Positions 41,145 to 50,453 of a stretch of 63,312 nt of DNA are shown in pieces (the first letter of the stretch is position 1; every line of letters begins with the position of its first letter). Source of the DNA: Thermoproteota archaeon (GTDB lineage Archaea; Asgardarchaeota; Jordiarchaeia; Jordiarchaeales; Freyrarchaeaceae); contig JAPDJY010000048.1 of the NCBI GenBank assembly GCA_029258835.1, positions 1 through 63,312 on the forward strand, given 5' to 3'. The notes under the pieces were generated by a model. The model was not told the DNA's origin. It saw only the letters and a program-made list of their open reading frames with translations, and did not search any database. The translations under genes and the position numbers were made by a program.

Positions 41145-42620
41145 TTGAGACTTCTTAACGATCACGTGTGCCCTATATGCGGGAATGAAGAGGTGAGTTA
41201 TTACTGCGAGTCATGTAGCTCTCTTTTTTGTACTTCATGCGTTAAGGTTCTAAAGACAAACTACGCAGTGTGTGATACTTGTGGAACCATTTACCATTTA
41301 GACCCTCCCTTGAATAAACCGTTTTTCTGCAAGTCGTGTAAGGGTACTGTCTTTAGGGTTGGTGTTAAGAGATCTCTTCTTTGTCCTCAATGCGGCTCAA
41401 ATAATGTAGTGAGTGTGCTTAGAAAGAAAGAATTACAACTGAGTAGGGTTAAAGGCCTCGGAAGCGACTTCCTCGATGTTTCCCCGTTTATGATGAATGT
41501 CTTAAATGCTCTCTCAAAGATTAAAGCTCGTCTTCTGAAGCTTAGAAGAAACGGTTTTCTTCATCACCCTGACCTTGAAGAAGCAATTATAAACTCTTAT
41601 GTCTCTTTTTCATCACTTAAACTTAAGGCTCTTTCTAGAGTAGAGCGAATAGTAAGTGGGTTAGCCTCCAGCATCATTAACCTCTTTAGGGAATGGTCTC
41701 CTCTGAAAATTAAGGAGATAGACGCTTACCTTGACCAAGTTAGTGGTGCTGTAGAGGAGTATAAAGGATTCGTGAAAGATGAATGCCAAAGCATCATAAG
41801 CAAAATACGTGAAGTAAGCGCAGTCATAGAATACCTGGAATTTCATCATAACTTCTTTGAACGTTTTAAGAGCATACTCGACTTAAAGGATCATGAAAGG
41901 CCCGTTTGCGTTATTCCTGAAGTCAAGTATACTGGCAGCGATTTTCTCTCTTCAGACAAAGGTGAAGGCTTATTATTCTTTACAAGTGAACGAGCCATAT
42001 TCATAAGGCGGGAAGGGCTTCTTAAGAAGATGTTTAAAAGGCAGTTTAGTTTCCCATTAAACGATGTTGAACTTTTAGTTAAACGTGGTCTGCGGCGTGC
42101 TTTTATCCTTAAAACGGGCAAGGGGAAGGTCTGCTTTACGTCTTCAAGGCATGTTATAGAAAAAATTGAATCTTACTTTGAACTGGCAAAAAACTTTAAG
42201 TCTCTCTCTTTGGCAGATGATACATTAACAAAAAGGCTTGAATCCATGAGTGTAGGCTTAAATGATTTCAAAAGAAAAATAACGTCTCTAATGCATTCGC
42301 TTTTAAACCCAAAGAAAGCTGAATCTGAACACTCTCAACAAGTTCCTTCCCATCTTAACATTCCCTTTCCCCCTTCGCTCCCTCCCCCCCGCCCTTCTTG
42401 CTCAGTAATTCCACCTTACAGAAACGAGAATGACCGTAGAAAAGAGCTTCTCCTTCTAGAGAAGGAGAGGTTCGCGGTGGAGCAGAACCTCAAAAAACTC
42501 GAAGAGTTATGGGATAAAGGAGAAATTTCACTTGAAGACTACTTTAAACTTTCAAGGAAATTCAAGGGTGAACTTTACGAGCTTAACGCCAAAATTCAGG
42601 AATTGACGTGCCGCCTCTAG
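41145..42620 (+). CDS. Multi-Zn-finger / coiled-coil / PH(GRAM/GLUE)-like / Pro-rich / steadiness-box-like protein
   Basis: Six CxxC pairs; GEGLLFFTSERAIF; PFPPSLPPPRP; C-terminal LEELWDKGEISLEDYFKLSR. Confidence 0.7.
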   Translation: MRLLNDHVCPICGNEEVSYYCESCSSLFCTSCVKVLKTNYAVCDTCGTIYHLDPPLNKPFFCKSCKGTVFRVGVKRSLLCPQCGSNNVVSVLRKKELQLSRVKGLGSDFLDVSPFMMNVLNALSKIKARLLKLRRNGFLHHPDLEEAIINSYVSFSSLKLKALSRVERIVSGLASSIINLFREWSPLKIKEIDAYLDQVSGAVEEYKGFVKDECQSIISKIREVSAVIEYLEFHHNFFERFKSILDLKDHERPVCVIPEVKYTGSDFLSSDKGEGLLFFTSERAIFIRREGLLKKMFKRQFSFPLNDVELLVKRGLRRAFILKTGKGKVCFTSSRHVIEKIESYFELAKNFKSLSLADDTLTKRLESMSVGLNDFKRKITSLMHSLLNPKKAESEHSQQVPSHLNIPFPPSLPPPRPSCSVIPPYRNENDRRKELLLLEKERFAVEQNLKKLEELWDKGEISLEDYFKLSRKFKGELYELNAKIQELTCRL

Positions 42621-42634
42621 CATCCTCTTCCTAA

Positions 42635-43282
42635 TCATCCTTTCTCCTCGGCTTTCTCCTTTTTCTCTCCTTCTTCAAGCTCCTTCCTTAAGCTTTCTAG
42701 GTCTTCTAGAAGTACTTCCTTGTCGGGTATTGGCGGCTCCGTTGGGACTTCCGGCTCTTTAACCCCCTCGAGAGCTATTTCCGCTTCAAGTTTGTCCAAC
42801 TCGGCGCTTACGTCTATGCCCTCCCCCATGCTTACCGGCGATGACAGTAACTCTCCGCTCCTATCTATTTCCTCCATCATCTGTTCGTGCCTTATAGTCA
42901 TCTCCATTATTTCATCCGAGCTGGCAAGCTTCATTGCGTCTTCCATGATCTTCCCAGCAGCAGCAACGCTTTCCTTAACCTGCACTATGTCATGGGCTTG
43001 CTCTATAGCGAAAAGCCGTGTTTCAAGGTTCTCTATAAACCCGGCATACCTGTTAAGGGCATTTAGATAGAAGTGGTATCGCCTCAAAGCGAGTTCAGCA
43101 CCTTTTCTATTACCCGCTCTAAGATACATTTTCGCGGTTTCTCTAGCCCTTCTCGCCTGTTGCTCATACCTCTTTGACTTAGCGATTAAATTGTTTATGG
43201 TAGCCCTTATCTCACTAATTATTTGATCTCTGCTCTTAGGTCTCTTACCAAACAGCTTGTCTTTTAAGCTCATTCGAACCAT
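42635..43282 (-). CDS. ESCRT-III Snf7-family protein (Vps20/32/60-like)
   Basis: LKDKLFG N-terminal helix, GNRKGAELALRR, IENLETRLFAIEQA, acidic tail with PEVP. Confidence 0.85.
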   Translation of the reverse strand: MVRMSLKDKLFGKRPKSRDQIISEIRATINNLIAKSKRYEQQARRARETAKMYLRAGNRKGAELALRRYHFYLNALNRYAGFIENLETRLFAIEQAHDIVQVKESVAAAGKIMEDAMKLASSDEIMEMTIRHEQMMEEIDRSGELLSSPVSMGEGIDVSAELDKLEAEIALEGVKEPEVPTEPPIPDKEVLLEDLESLRKELEEGEKKEKAEEKG

Positions 43283-43355
43283 TTTCCCCCTTCATGTTCC
43301 AGTATAAATAGCACATAACTACTAATTAAATCTCTCTCTTAAGGCACGTAGCGGC

Positions 43356-46319
43356 TTATCCGCTTCCTAACATCCTCCTAAGCTCTTCTATCTTCTTGAA
43401 CGCCTTCTTCCTAAGGAAGCTATACTCTTCCTCGGTCATCCTACCAAGCAAGTAATACTCGTGTAAACTTCGAAGATACTTCTGGATTCTTCCAATTTTC
43501 GAAATAATTTCCTCATCGCTCATCCCTTCTCTTGCAAGCTCCCTTCCTAATCGTGTTTCTCCTTCGGCACTCGCCTTAACCTCCACTTTCCCTCTTTCAG
43601 CACTTTCATCAACACTAGGCTTCTCCCTTACCATCATGCTTACCGCTTTCATTTCTTTCTCCTCTTTTCCTTTCCTCCTTTCCACCTTGACTTTTGGTGG
43701 CGGAATCCACCCTCCTTCTCTACTAATCTCTTGGAGAATGTTTTCTATCAATTCTTTGGCCGTCATTGCTTCCCCTTTGCTTGGCGCTGTGACCTCAAAC
43801 GCTATTACTGATGCGGTGTTGGTCCAAGCCAAGCTAAATCCTATTCTAACGTTTCCTTTCTGTCCCAGAAAAACTAGGGCATCCCCCTCTAAGCAAGTGA
43901 GCTCCCAGCCTTGAAGCGTGAGCTTCTCTCTTAACGTAGAAAGCATCTTCTCAGGGTCTACTCTGAGAGCCTTCTGAAAGTTTACCCCTTGAATCTTGGA
44001 AGATGGGTAAAGGTACTCGTTAAACCTATACTTTATAAGCCTTGAAAGATAGTCTCCTGCCAAGTCATCCGAAACGTCTAATATCGGAATTCTCTTTTTA
44101 GCAACACCAACCCTCTCCTCACCACCAACCATCCCAACTCCACTTTCATCCATCTTAACTTCCACTTTCTCCCCTATTTTTTCTGGAATCAAAGATGTAA
44201 CTTCTTCGCTTCTCCCCTCCTCCAAGAGAGAGGCCGATCCTGGCCTGGCTAGTCCTGGTATAGCCTCCCTGCCAGCATGTTGGCTTTGCCTAGGCCTAAT
44301 CTTAACCGCTAAAACCCGTCCTGTATCTATCGAAGCATCCGAGATCAAAGCCATACCTATAGGGATCCTACGTATAAAGTCTCTTGACATCTCTTGGGGG
44401 ACCTTATTTGGCGATCTTCGCATGAACGCCTCTATATCCGCCTCAAATGTTAAATAATGTGTAATTATCATGTCAACTTGAGACAGGATTTGGTCGCTGG
44501 TTGCTGAGGGTTGCTGGGTGGCTAGAACTAAAGCGCACCCCGGCTTTCTTCCAAGCTTAGCATACTCTATTAACGGTCCAGAAGCAGCCGTCTCCCCCCT
44601 AGCAGGGGCAAGTATATGTGCCTCATCGACCATTAGCCAAGTGACAGGGATCTCTTCCTTAATAGCGCCCACGGAACCAAACTGTAATCCCTCCTCCCTC
44701 CTCGCCAGCTGCATCCTCTTCTCAAGTATCTTCCTTGCCAGTAACCCAACAACTAGCCCGCGCAGCCCCTCTGTTAAATAGCTTACATCAACTACAGTAA
44801 CCATATTTGGAACGGCAATTTGGTCTAATGGAGTTCCTTCCCGGGAAAATATCCCCCATTCCTTTGCAGATAAAAGTCTAGAAATGACGGCCCTCCTAGT
44901 GTCGGTTCTGAAGCCTCTGTCTTTAGAAAGAAGTTCTAGAGACGTTTCAACACATTTGATCATGTCGTCTATGGTGTACTCGTCTCTCTTCCCCTCCACC
45001 CTAATTTTCTCGTCTCCTTCAACTGCTTCATACCCTTCTCTTACCTGTATTAGGGCACGTTCAAGCAGTAATCCCATAGCGCCGAATCTCTCCACTCCGA
45101 ACGCATAGCACCAGTCATCTACTGTTAGGTCGGAAGGCTTTATAGAGAACGCCATATCCCTCGTAGCATCAGGCAGCTTATCGTAGACGCCTAAAGGCAC
45201 GAGCACTCTGATGTTGGTAAACCCTCGAGGCTTAAGCCCCCATCTTCTAAGCTCTTCAACTTCCTTCTCCTCCCTGTTTGGATACTTCATACTCCAGAAA
45301 ATCCCCACCGGATCTACTATTACAACTGCTAACCCTAAGCCTGACCTTGCAAGCTCCTCAGCTAAAACACCCATCGTGTAAGACTTACCTGACCCACGCT
45401 GGCCACATATGAATATAACGTGTGGTTTAAGGGCATCCACTAGAACAGGTTTGCCAAGGAAATTATTTTCTTCCGCCCGCTCACATATACATCCAATGTA
45501 CATAAGCCCCTTAGCACCGAAGGTTTGCAACTTATCCCTACTTCTACCAAGCACAACCCCTTCCCCTACCGGATCCTCAAGAACCCTAAGCTTCGAGGAA
45601 ACCTCCAATGGTTCCTTTACGATTCTTCCTCTCTCCTCCTCTCTAACTTTTAATTCTCCTAGAAATGCAGAGAAGCGGCGCCACATCCCCTCGTCATAGA
45701 AGTTTAATGACTCAAATATCATATCCCTAGCTTTTTCATCCTTTGGATACACGTCTACTTCAAAGCCACATAACTCCCAGCATGATACGGCTACATCGCT
45801 CTCACTTAATCCCTTTCTACCCAGCTCCTCAACGGCTCTCTCAAAGTACTCGCTTTTTCTGGTAGCTCCGTAAAGTATCAGCAATCCCTTCGCTTTTTCT
45901 TCTTGAGGAAGTTGCTCAACCATTTCTCTCATCTTAGAAAGGATCTCCTCTTTTCCACTCCTTCGAAATTCTTCAAGGAGAACTCGGAGGATTTGTAAGT
46001 CCACAGGTTTCGTGCGAAACGCGTACTCAACCATTTTACTTAAGGCATTTTTAACATCGTCTAAGCCCTGCCCATCAACTTGGAGAATGAGTCTGAACGC
46101 GTGGGCAAGGGATGAAAGGTCATTTTCAAGTTCTCTTCCCTCTAAAATATTCTTTGCAAGCTTCACCGCTCCCTTCCTTGCCCTTTCAAGGTACTCATCC
46201 ATTCCAGTAAGCCGGTAGGCGATCAACAACGCGTTAATGATGTCGCTACTAAGCTTCACGTCTTTAAGTGCTTCTAGGGAAACATATAGAAATTCGTAAA
46301 TCGGTCTACCTCTTTCCAA
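43356..46319 (-). CDS. HerA/FtsK (DUF87-type) P-loop ATPase with N-terminal helical and C-terminal accessory domains
   Basis: Walker A GQRGSGKS, VDPVG, Walker B LMVDEAH, GRKPG..LVLATQQPS. Confidence 0.88.
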   Translation of the reverse strand: MERGRPIYEFLYVSLEALKDVKLSSDIINALLIAYRLTGMDEYLERARKGAVKLAKNILEGRELENDLSSLAHAFRLILQVDGQGLDDVKNALSKMVEYAFRTKPVDLQILRVLLEEFRRSGKEEILSKMREMVEQLPQEEKAKGLLILYGATRKSEYFERAVEELGRKGLSESDVAVSCWELCGFEVDVYPKDEKARDMIFESLNFYDEGMWRRFSAFLGELKVREEERGRIVKEPLEVSSKLRVLEDPVGEGVVLGRSRDKLQTFGAKGLMYIGCICERAEENNFLGKPVLVDALKPHVIFICGQRGSGKSYTMGVLAEELARSGLGLAVVIVDPVGIFWSMKYPNREEKEVEELRRWGLKPRGFTNIRVLVPLGVYDKLPDATRDMAFSIKPSDLTVDDWCYAFGVERFGAMGLLLERALIQVREGYEAVEGDEKIRVEGKRDEYTIDDMIKCVETSLELLSKDRGFRTDTRRAVISRLLSAKEWGIFSREGTPLDQIAVPNMVTVVDVSYLTEGLRGLVVGLLARKILEKRMQLARREEGLQFGSVGAIKEEIPVTWLMVDEAHILAPARGETAASGPLIEYAKLGRKPGCALVLATQQPSATSDQILSQVDMIITHYLTFEADIEAFMRRSPNKVPQEMSRDFIRRIPIGMALISDASIDTGRVLAVKIRPRQSQHAGREAIPGLARPGSASLLEEGRSEEVTSLIPEKIGEKVEVKMDESGVGMVGGEERVGVAKKRIPILDVSDDLAGDYLSRLIKYRFNEYLYPSSKIQGVNFQKALRVDPEKMLSTLREKLTLQGWELTCLEGDALVFLGQKGNVRIGFSLAWTNTASVIAFEVTAPSKGEAMTAKELIENILQEISREGGWIPPPKVKVERRKGKEEKEMKAVSMMVREKPSVDESAERGKVEVKASAEGETRLGRELAREGMSDEEIISKIGRIQKYLRSLHEYYLLGRMTEEEYSFLRKKAFKKIEELRRMLGSG

Positions 46320-46372
46320 CTAATACGCCTCCCTTTCAGAGGAAAATTCTGAAAGAAGAAATGATGTTGCCG

Positions 46373-46984
46373 TTAAAGCTCTTCCTTAAGCTTCTTTATA
46401 TCCTTCTCAAGCTCTGCGATTTTACCTGCAGGAACAGAAGGAAGCTTCACACCCGTTTCAACACCTATCTCTTGATCTATCTCTGAAAGGGTTTCAGCTA
46501 CCTCCTTTGAGGTCACATCGGTTGAAACAGTCATCCTCTCAAATCCAGCTTCCGTCACATCTTGAGCTATATCAAACTCCTGCATTGAAGCATCGATCTC
46601 ATCTACAAGCTGCGAAATGTCCGGGAGATTAACCGTGCTTTTTAACCCTTCCAATGCTGCCCTAATACCAGAGAGAGTGCTTGCGACCTCGTAAACGGAC
46701 TGGCTCTGCCGTAGTTTAACAACCATCCCGTGAATTCTAAGCCTATAAGAATCAGTAGCTAAAGCCCATTTTTGATATCTCAGGTAATGCTCAGCATACA
46801 TCTTCGCCGCCTCATTATTACCCATCATGCGGTAACGCTTCGCTTCCTCCCTGTTCTTCCTAGCCTCCCTTTCCAACTGTTTCTTATGGTATTCAAGTTT
46901 CCTCGTGAACACTTCAAGCTTGAAAATCACGTCTTTAAGTTTTGGGCCACCCTTAAGCCAGTTTATGAACTTCCTTAGCGACAT
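46373..46984 (-). CDS. ESCRT-III Snf7-family protein (Vps2/24/46-like)
   Basis: GNNEAAKMYAE, LPDISQLVDE, tail LPSVP..ELEKDIKKLK; RBS GGTGG. Confidence 0.85.
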   Translation of the reverse strand: MSLRKFINWLKGGPKLKDVIFKLEVFTRKLEYHKKQLEREARKNREEAKRYRMMGNNEAAKMYAEHYLRYQKWALATDSYRLRIHGMVVKLRQSQSVYEVASTLSGIRAALEGLKSTVNLPDISQLVDEIDASMQEFDIAQDVTEAGFERMTVSTDVTSKEVAETLSEIDQEIGVETGVKLPSVPAGKIAELEKDIKKLKEEL

Positions 46985-47085
46985 AGAAACCACCAGCATG
47001 TCCTTCCATACAAAGATTGGAAAGCCTAGGTTATAACACTTTCCTAAAAGGCATCGAACAAGTTAGCATTTTTACATTTGGTTGC

Positions 47086-47682
47086 TCATTTCACCTCTAC
47101 TACTTCTCCCCCTTTTCTATCCAATTCGTCATGAACCATAACAATACAGTGGCTTCCTAAATACCTCTTCGGCCCTAAACTTACCTTGAAGGCACCTAGC
47201 TTCTCCAGCAACCTCTCGCTACGAGGAGGAAGCCCCAAGTGATCCCCAAGCACAAATAACACGTCCTTTCTATGAGGAAAATTAACCATCCTTATCGGTT
47301 TCCCACTCTCATGAAGATAGTATACCTCCGCTTTTCGCCTAACCTCAGACACCGCTTCAATGAAGCTTTTCCTTTCAACATTGAATCCCTTTATTTTTTC
47401 CCCTTTAAGTAGTTTTTTTAAAGTAAGTGCCAGCTGGAGCTCTGACCCTGAAATGTTATCGATTTCTGCGCCATCCACCTTTAACGTTAAGGGAGGGGCA
47501 GGAGGCCCCTCTAGAACAGCGTAAAATACGGTGTTCAACCGAACCCCCCCGCCAAACTTCAAAGCAGCTATTACGCATCTGCAAACAATATCAAGTCGCC
47601 CAGAGGTCCCTGGAAGGTCTTTAATGTTAAAGCTGTTCGAGGTACATGCTTTACGTGCTTCCATAATGAAAATGCGTCTCAT
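47086..47682 (-). CDS. trmY: tRNA (pseudouridine54-N1)-methyltransferase
   Basis: DLPGTSGRLDIVCRC, FVLGDHLG, SLGP..SHCI (SPOUT fold). Confidence 0.88.
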   Translation of the reverse strand: MRRIFIMEARKACTSNSFNIKDLPGTSGRLDIVCRCVIAALKFGGGVRLNTVFYAVLEGPPAPPLTLKVDGAEIDNISGSELQLALTLKKLLKGEKIKGFNVERKSFIEAVSEVRRKAEVYYLHESGKPIRMVNFPHRKDVLFVLGDHLGLPPRSERLLEKLGAFKVSLGPKRYLGSHCIVMVHDELDRKGGEVVEVK

Positions 47683-47685
47683 ACA

Positions 47686-48510
47686 TTACCCCCAAACAGC
47701 CAAGTAGAACATATAGATTCCAATACAAACCATAAAAAACCCGAAAAGCCGTCGAAGACCCCGTGCAGTAAATTTCCCAGAAATCCTCGAGCCTACTTGG
47801 CCGCCTAACACTGCTCCTGCTCCCATGGCTAATGCGTAAACAGTGTTTACATGTCCAAGCATAGCATGCTCGGTAATTCCAACCAATGCGGTTAATAAGA
47901 TCATGAAACAGGATGTCGCGACTGCAATATGAATTGGAACTCCTAAAAGGGTGAGAAGTGGAACCTTAAGTATTCCTCCTCCTATTCCGAGGAAACCTGA
48001 CGCCATGCCAGCAATGAAGCATCCTCCGAAAGCGATTGGAAGATTAATACTATATTTGAGAACTCTACCCTCGCCATCCTCTAGTTGCCTTCTCAGGTGG
48101 ACGCTGTGTAGCCAGCTTATTCTAGCGGAAACTTCCCTCTTTACGCCTAAAATCATTCCTGTACCAACGATGATTAAGCCAGCAGCAAAGACCCCCTCTA
48201 ACATAAAGGATTTTATTATGCCTGTTAGGTAGGCTCCTATAAATGCTCCTGGCATGGTGGCTCCTTCAAGTATCAACCCTAGCACCAAGTCAACTTTTCC
48301 CTGGCGGCAGTAGCTTAAAGTAGCCGAAGAGGCTGTGAATGCTATTACACATAGGCTTGTCCCAACAGCATTCTTCATGTTTACCCCCCCAATAAGATGG
48401 AGAACCGGAACGTTTAAGAATCCGCCTCCTACACCAAGAAGCGACGCTACAACACCTACCAGTAAGCCAATAATACTTAATACAATAACTAAAATCATGG
48501 TCGCTTCCAC
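47686..48510 (-). CDS. TauE/SafE (TSUP) family membrane transporter
   Basis: Duplicated LGVGGG / LGIGGG...VP...AVGTS/AVATS motifs. Confidence 0.9.
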   Translation of the reverse strand: MEATMILVIVLSIIGLLVGVVASLLGVGGGFLNVPVLHLIGGVNMKNAVGTSLCVIAFTASSATLSYCRQGKVDLVLGLILEGATMPGAFIGAYLTGIIKSFMLEGVFAAGLIIVGTGMILGVKREVSARISWLHSVHLRRQLEDGEGRVLKYSINLPIAFGGCFIAGMASGFLGIGGGILKVPLLTLLGVPIHIAVATSCFMILLTALVGITEHAMLGHVNTVYALAMGAGAVLGGQVGSRISGKFTARGLRRLFGFFMVCIGIYMFYLAVWG

Positions 48511-48623
48511 CCGTCCTTCTTTTTAGCAACTGAAAAGAGGTTATCATCCAGTAAGCAAAAACATAAATAACCCTTTCCTTCTTTAAGGAGGTATTGACCT
48601 TAATTGTGAAGAAGGTGTGTACA

Positions 48624-48902
48624 TTGCCGAAAAAACGTAAAAGCAGGGGGAGAGCAAAAGGTTCTGCTGGAAGAAAAGAACTTATACCCTGTGCTTTCTG
48701 CGGTAAATTAATCCCCCGAGACAAAGCGAAAAAAGTGACAAGGTATACCACGTTGGTGGATCCAGTAATTGCCCGTGAACTGCGAAAACAGGGAGCGTAC
48801 ATTCCACGGGAAAAAGTCGTCCTTCACTACTGTATCTCTTGCGGCATTCATAGAGGCCTAATTAAAGTTCGCGCCGAAGCCGAGAGGAAAAGTAGACGCT
48901 AA
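48624..48902 (+). CDS. rps26e: Ribosomal protein eS26
   Basis: PKKRKSRGR, C..CG..IPRDKA, YCISCGIH. Confidence 0.94.
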   Translation: MPKKRKSRGRAKGSAGRKELIPCAFCGKLIPRDKAKKVTRYTTLVDPVIARELRKQGAYIPREKVVLHYCISCGIHRGLIKVRAEAERKSRR

Positions 48903-48912
48903 GGGAGATCGG

Positions 48913-49869
48913 TTGGCGAGAAAATACGAGGTAACGATTATAGGACACGTATGTAACGACTCGATTATCACTCCAAGTGGCCTACGGCGTGCTAAAGGGG
49001 GACCCCCGCTTTATGGTGGACTAACTGCCTGTCGGTTGGGGGTTAGAGTTGCCGTAGTTTCAAAAGTAGGCTCAGCAAAAGATTTACGTGATTTCTCCTC
49101 TCTATTTAGAAGGTATGGCATCTCCCCCTATATCTTGCTAGGCAAGGGAAAAACCACTACCTTTGAAATAGCTTATAGTGATGAAGGACGTACGATAAAA
49201 TTATCTTCCAACGCTGGTGAAATACTCTTCGAAGAAATACCCAAGGAAGCCCTTAACACGTCATCTGTCTTAATAAGCCCGGTTGCAAAAGAAATTAGCT
49301 ATAACACTGTAAAAAGTTTTTTCCGATATTTGAAACGAAGGAGAGCCTTGCTCTCAGCTGACTTGCAAGGCTTCACTAGGTGCTTCCTTAGGGATGGTCG
49401 TCTCACTTTCAAACCCCCAAAAGGAGACCTTCTAAAGTTTTTTGATATTGTTAAGGGATCAGAAAGAGAGGTTAAAGCTGCTACAGGATGTGAAAACTTA
49501 GAGGAAGCATTAAGAAGACTCGTTGAGCAAGGCCCTAAAATCGCCATCGTCACGCTGGGTGAGCAAGGATGCATAGCTCGCTGTAGTAACTCAATTTTCT
49601 ATGTTTCCCCATTAAAACCTAGATCAGTCATCGACCCGACAGGGGCCGGAGACGCGTTCATAGCGACTTTTTTAGCATACTACATTCAGTCTAAAAGCTT
49701 AGAAGAATGCTTGCGTCTTGCTTCTGCAGCAGCCACCTACATAGTTGAACGGCGCTTACCATTTGGCAACGTAACAAAAAATGAAATTGAAGAGCTTGCA
49801 AAGAACGTTAAAGTGAAAAGGAGAAACGTTGCCCCCCTTAAAAACAGTTCCCCAAACACTTCCTCGTAA
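48913..49869 (+). CDS. PfkB-family carbohydrate kinase
   Basis: KGGPP, VTLGEQG, DPTGAGDAF. Confidence 0.9.
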   Translation: MARKYEVTIIGHVCNDSIITPSGLRRAKGGPPLYGGLTACRLGVRVAVVSKVGSAKDLRDFSSLFRRYGISPYILLGKGKTTTFEIAYSDEGRTIKLSSNAGEILFEEIPKEALNTSSVLISPVAKEISYNTVKSFFRYLKRRRALLSADLQGFTRCFLRDGRLTFKPPKGDLLKFFDIVKGSEREVKAATGCENLEEALRRLVEQGPKIAIVTLGEQGCIARCSNSIFYVSPLKPRSVIDPTGAGDAFIATFLAYYIQSKSLEECLRLASAAATYIVERRLPFGNVTKNEIEELAKNVKVKRRNVAPLKNSSPNTSS

Positions 49870-49962
49870 ATCTTCCCTTACTGAACTTCCTCACGTTTTA
49901 TTATAACTTTTTAAATGAATAGCCTCATTATTTCCTCTTAAAGAACGGCAGGTGTCAAAGCT

Positions 49963-50253
49963 TTGATTTGTGTTGAAGAGTTTTACGTCGAAGGCAAACC
50001 CGTAATAGGGCTAAAAGTGAACCTGACCCCTGCACCCTTCCTTATGATTGTCTGTCAGAAGGGGGTTCTCTCATGCGGGCTCTTTAACGTGGAAGTTGCA
50101 AATAAACTTGGTACATCAGCAGCTATGGTTACAGGAGTCTCGTCTTTTAAAGACATGCTTAACGCAAAGGTGGTAAAGGCTACTGCTAAGGCAAGGGAAC
50201 TTGGCGTTACTGAAGGAATCAGTGGAAGAGAGGCGGTTTTACGGCTAACATAG
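49963..50253 (+). CDS. YunC/DUF1805 family protein
   Basis: KG.LSCG, AAMVTGVSSF.DML, LGV..G.SGREA. Confidence 0.82.
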   Translation: MICVEEFYVEGKPVIGLKVNLTPAPFLMIVCQKGVLSCGLFNVEVANKLGTSAAMVTGVSSFKDMLNAKVVKATAKARELGVTEGISGREAVLRLT

Positions 50254-50453
50254 CAATTTTCCCAAAAGGTTGTTCGAAAGGTAAACCCGCAGGCGGCCAC
50301 TCCACATGTTACACCATTCTTTTATCATGCCTTAATGTGAGGTGATGGGATCCGAGAAACGCTTAAAAACAGCATTTTCCTACACGGTAGTGTCAAGCGT
50401 TCCTTATGTTCCACCCTTCTCACACTTTAGCAGGGAAAGACGAGGTGCCCTTA

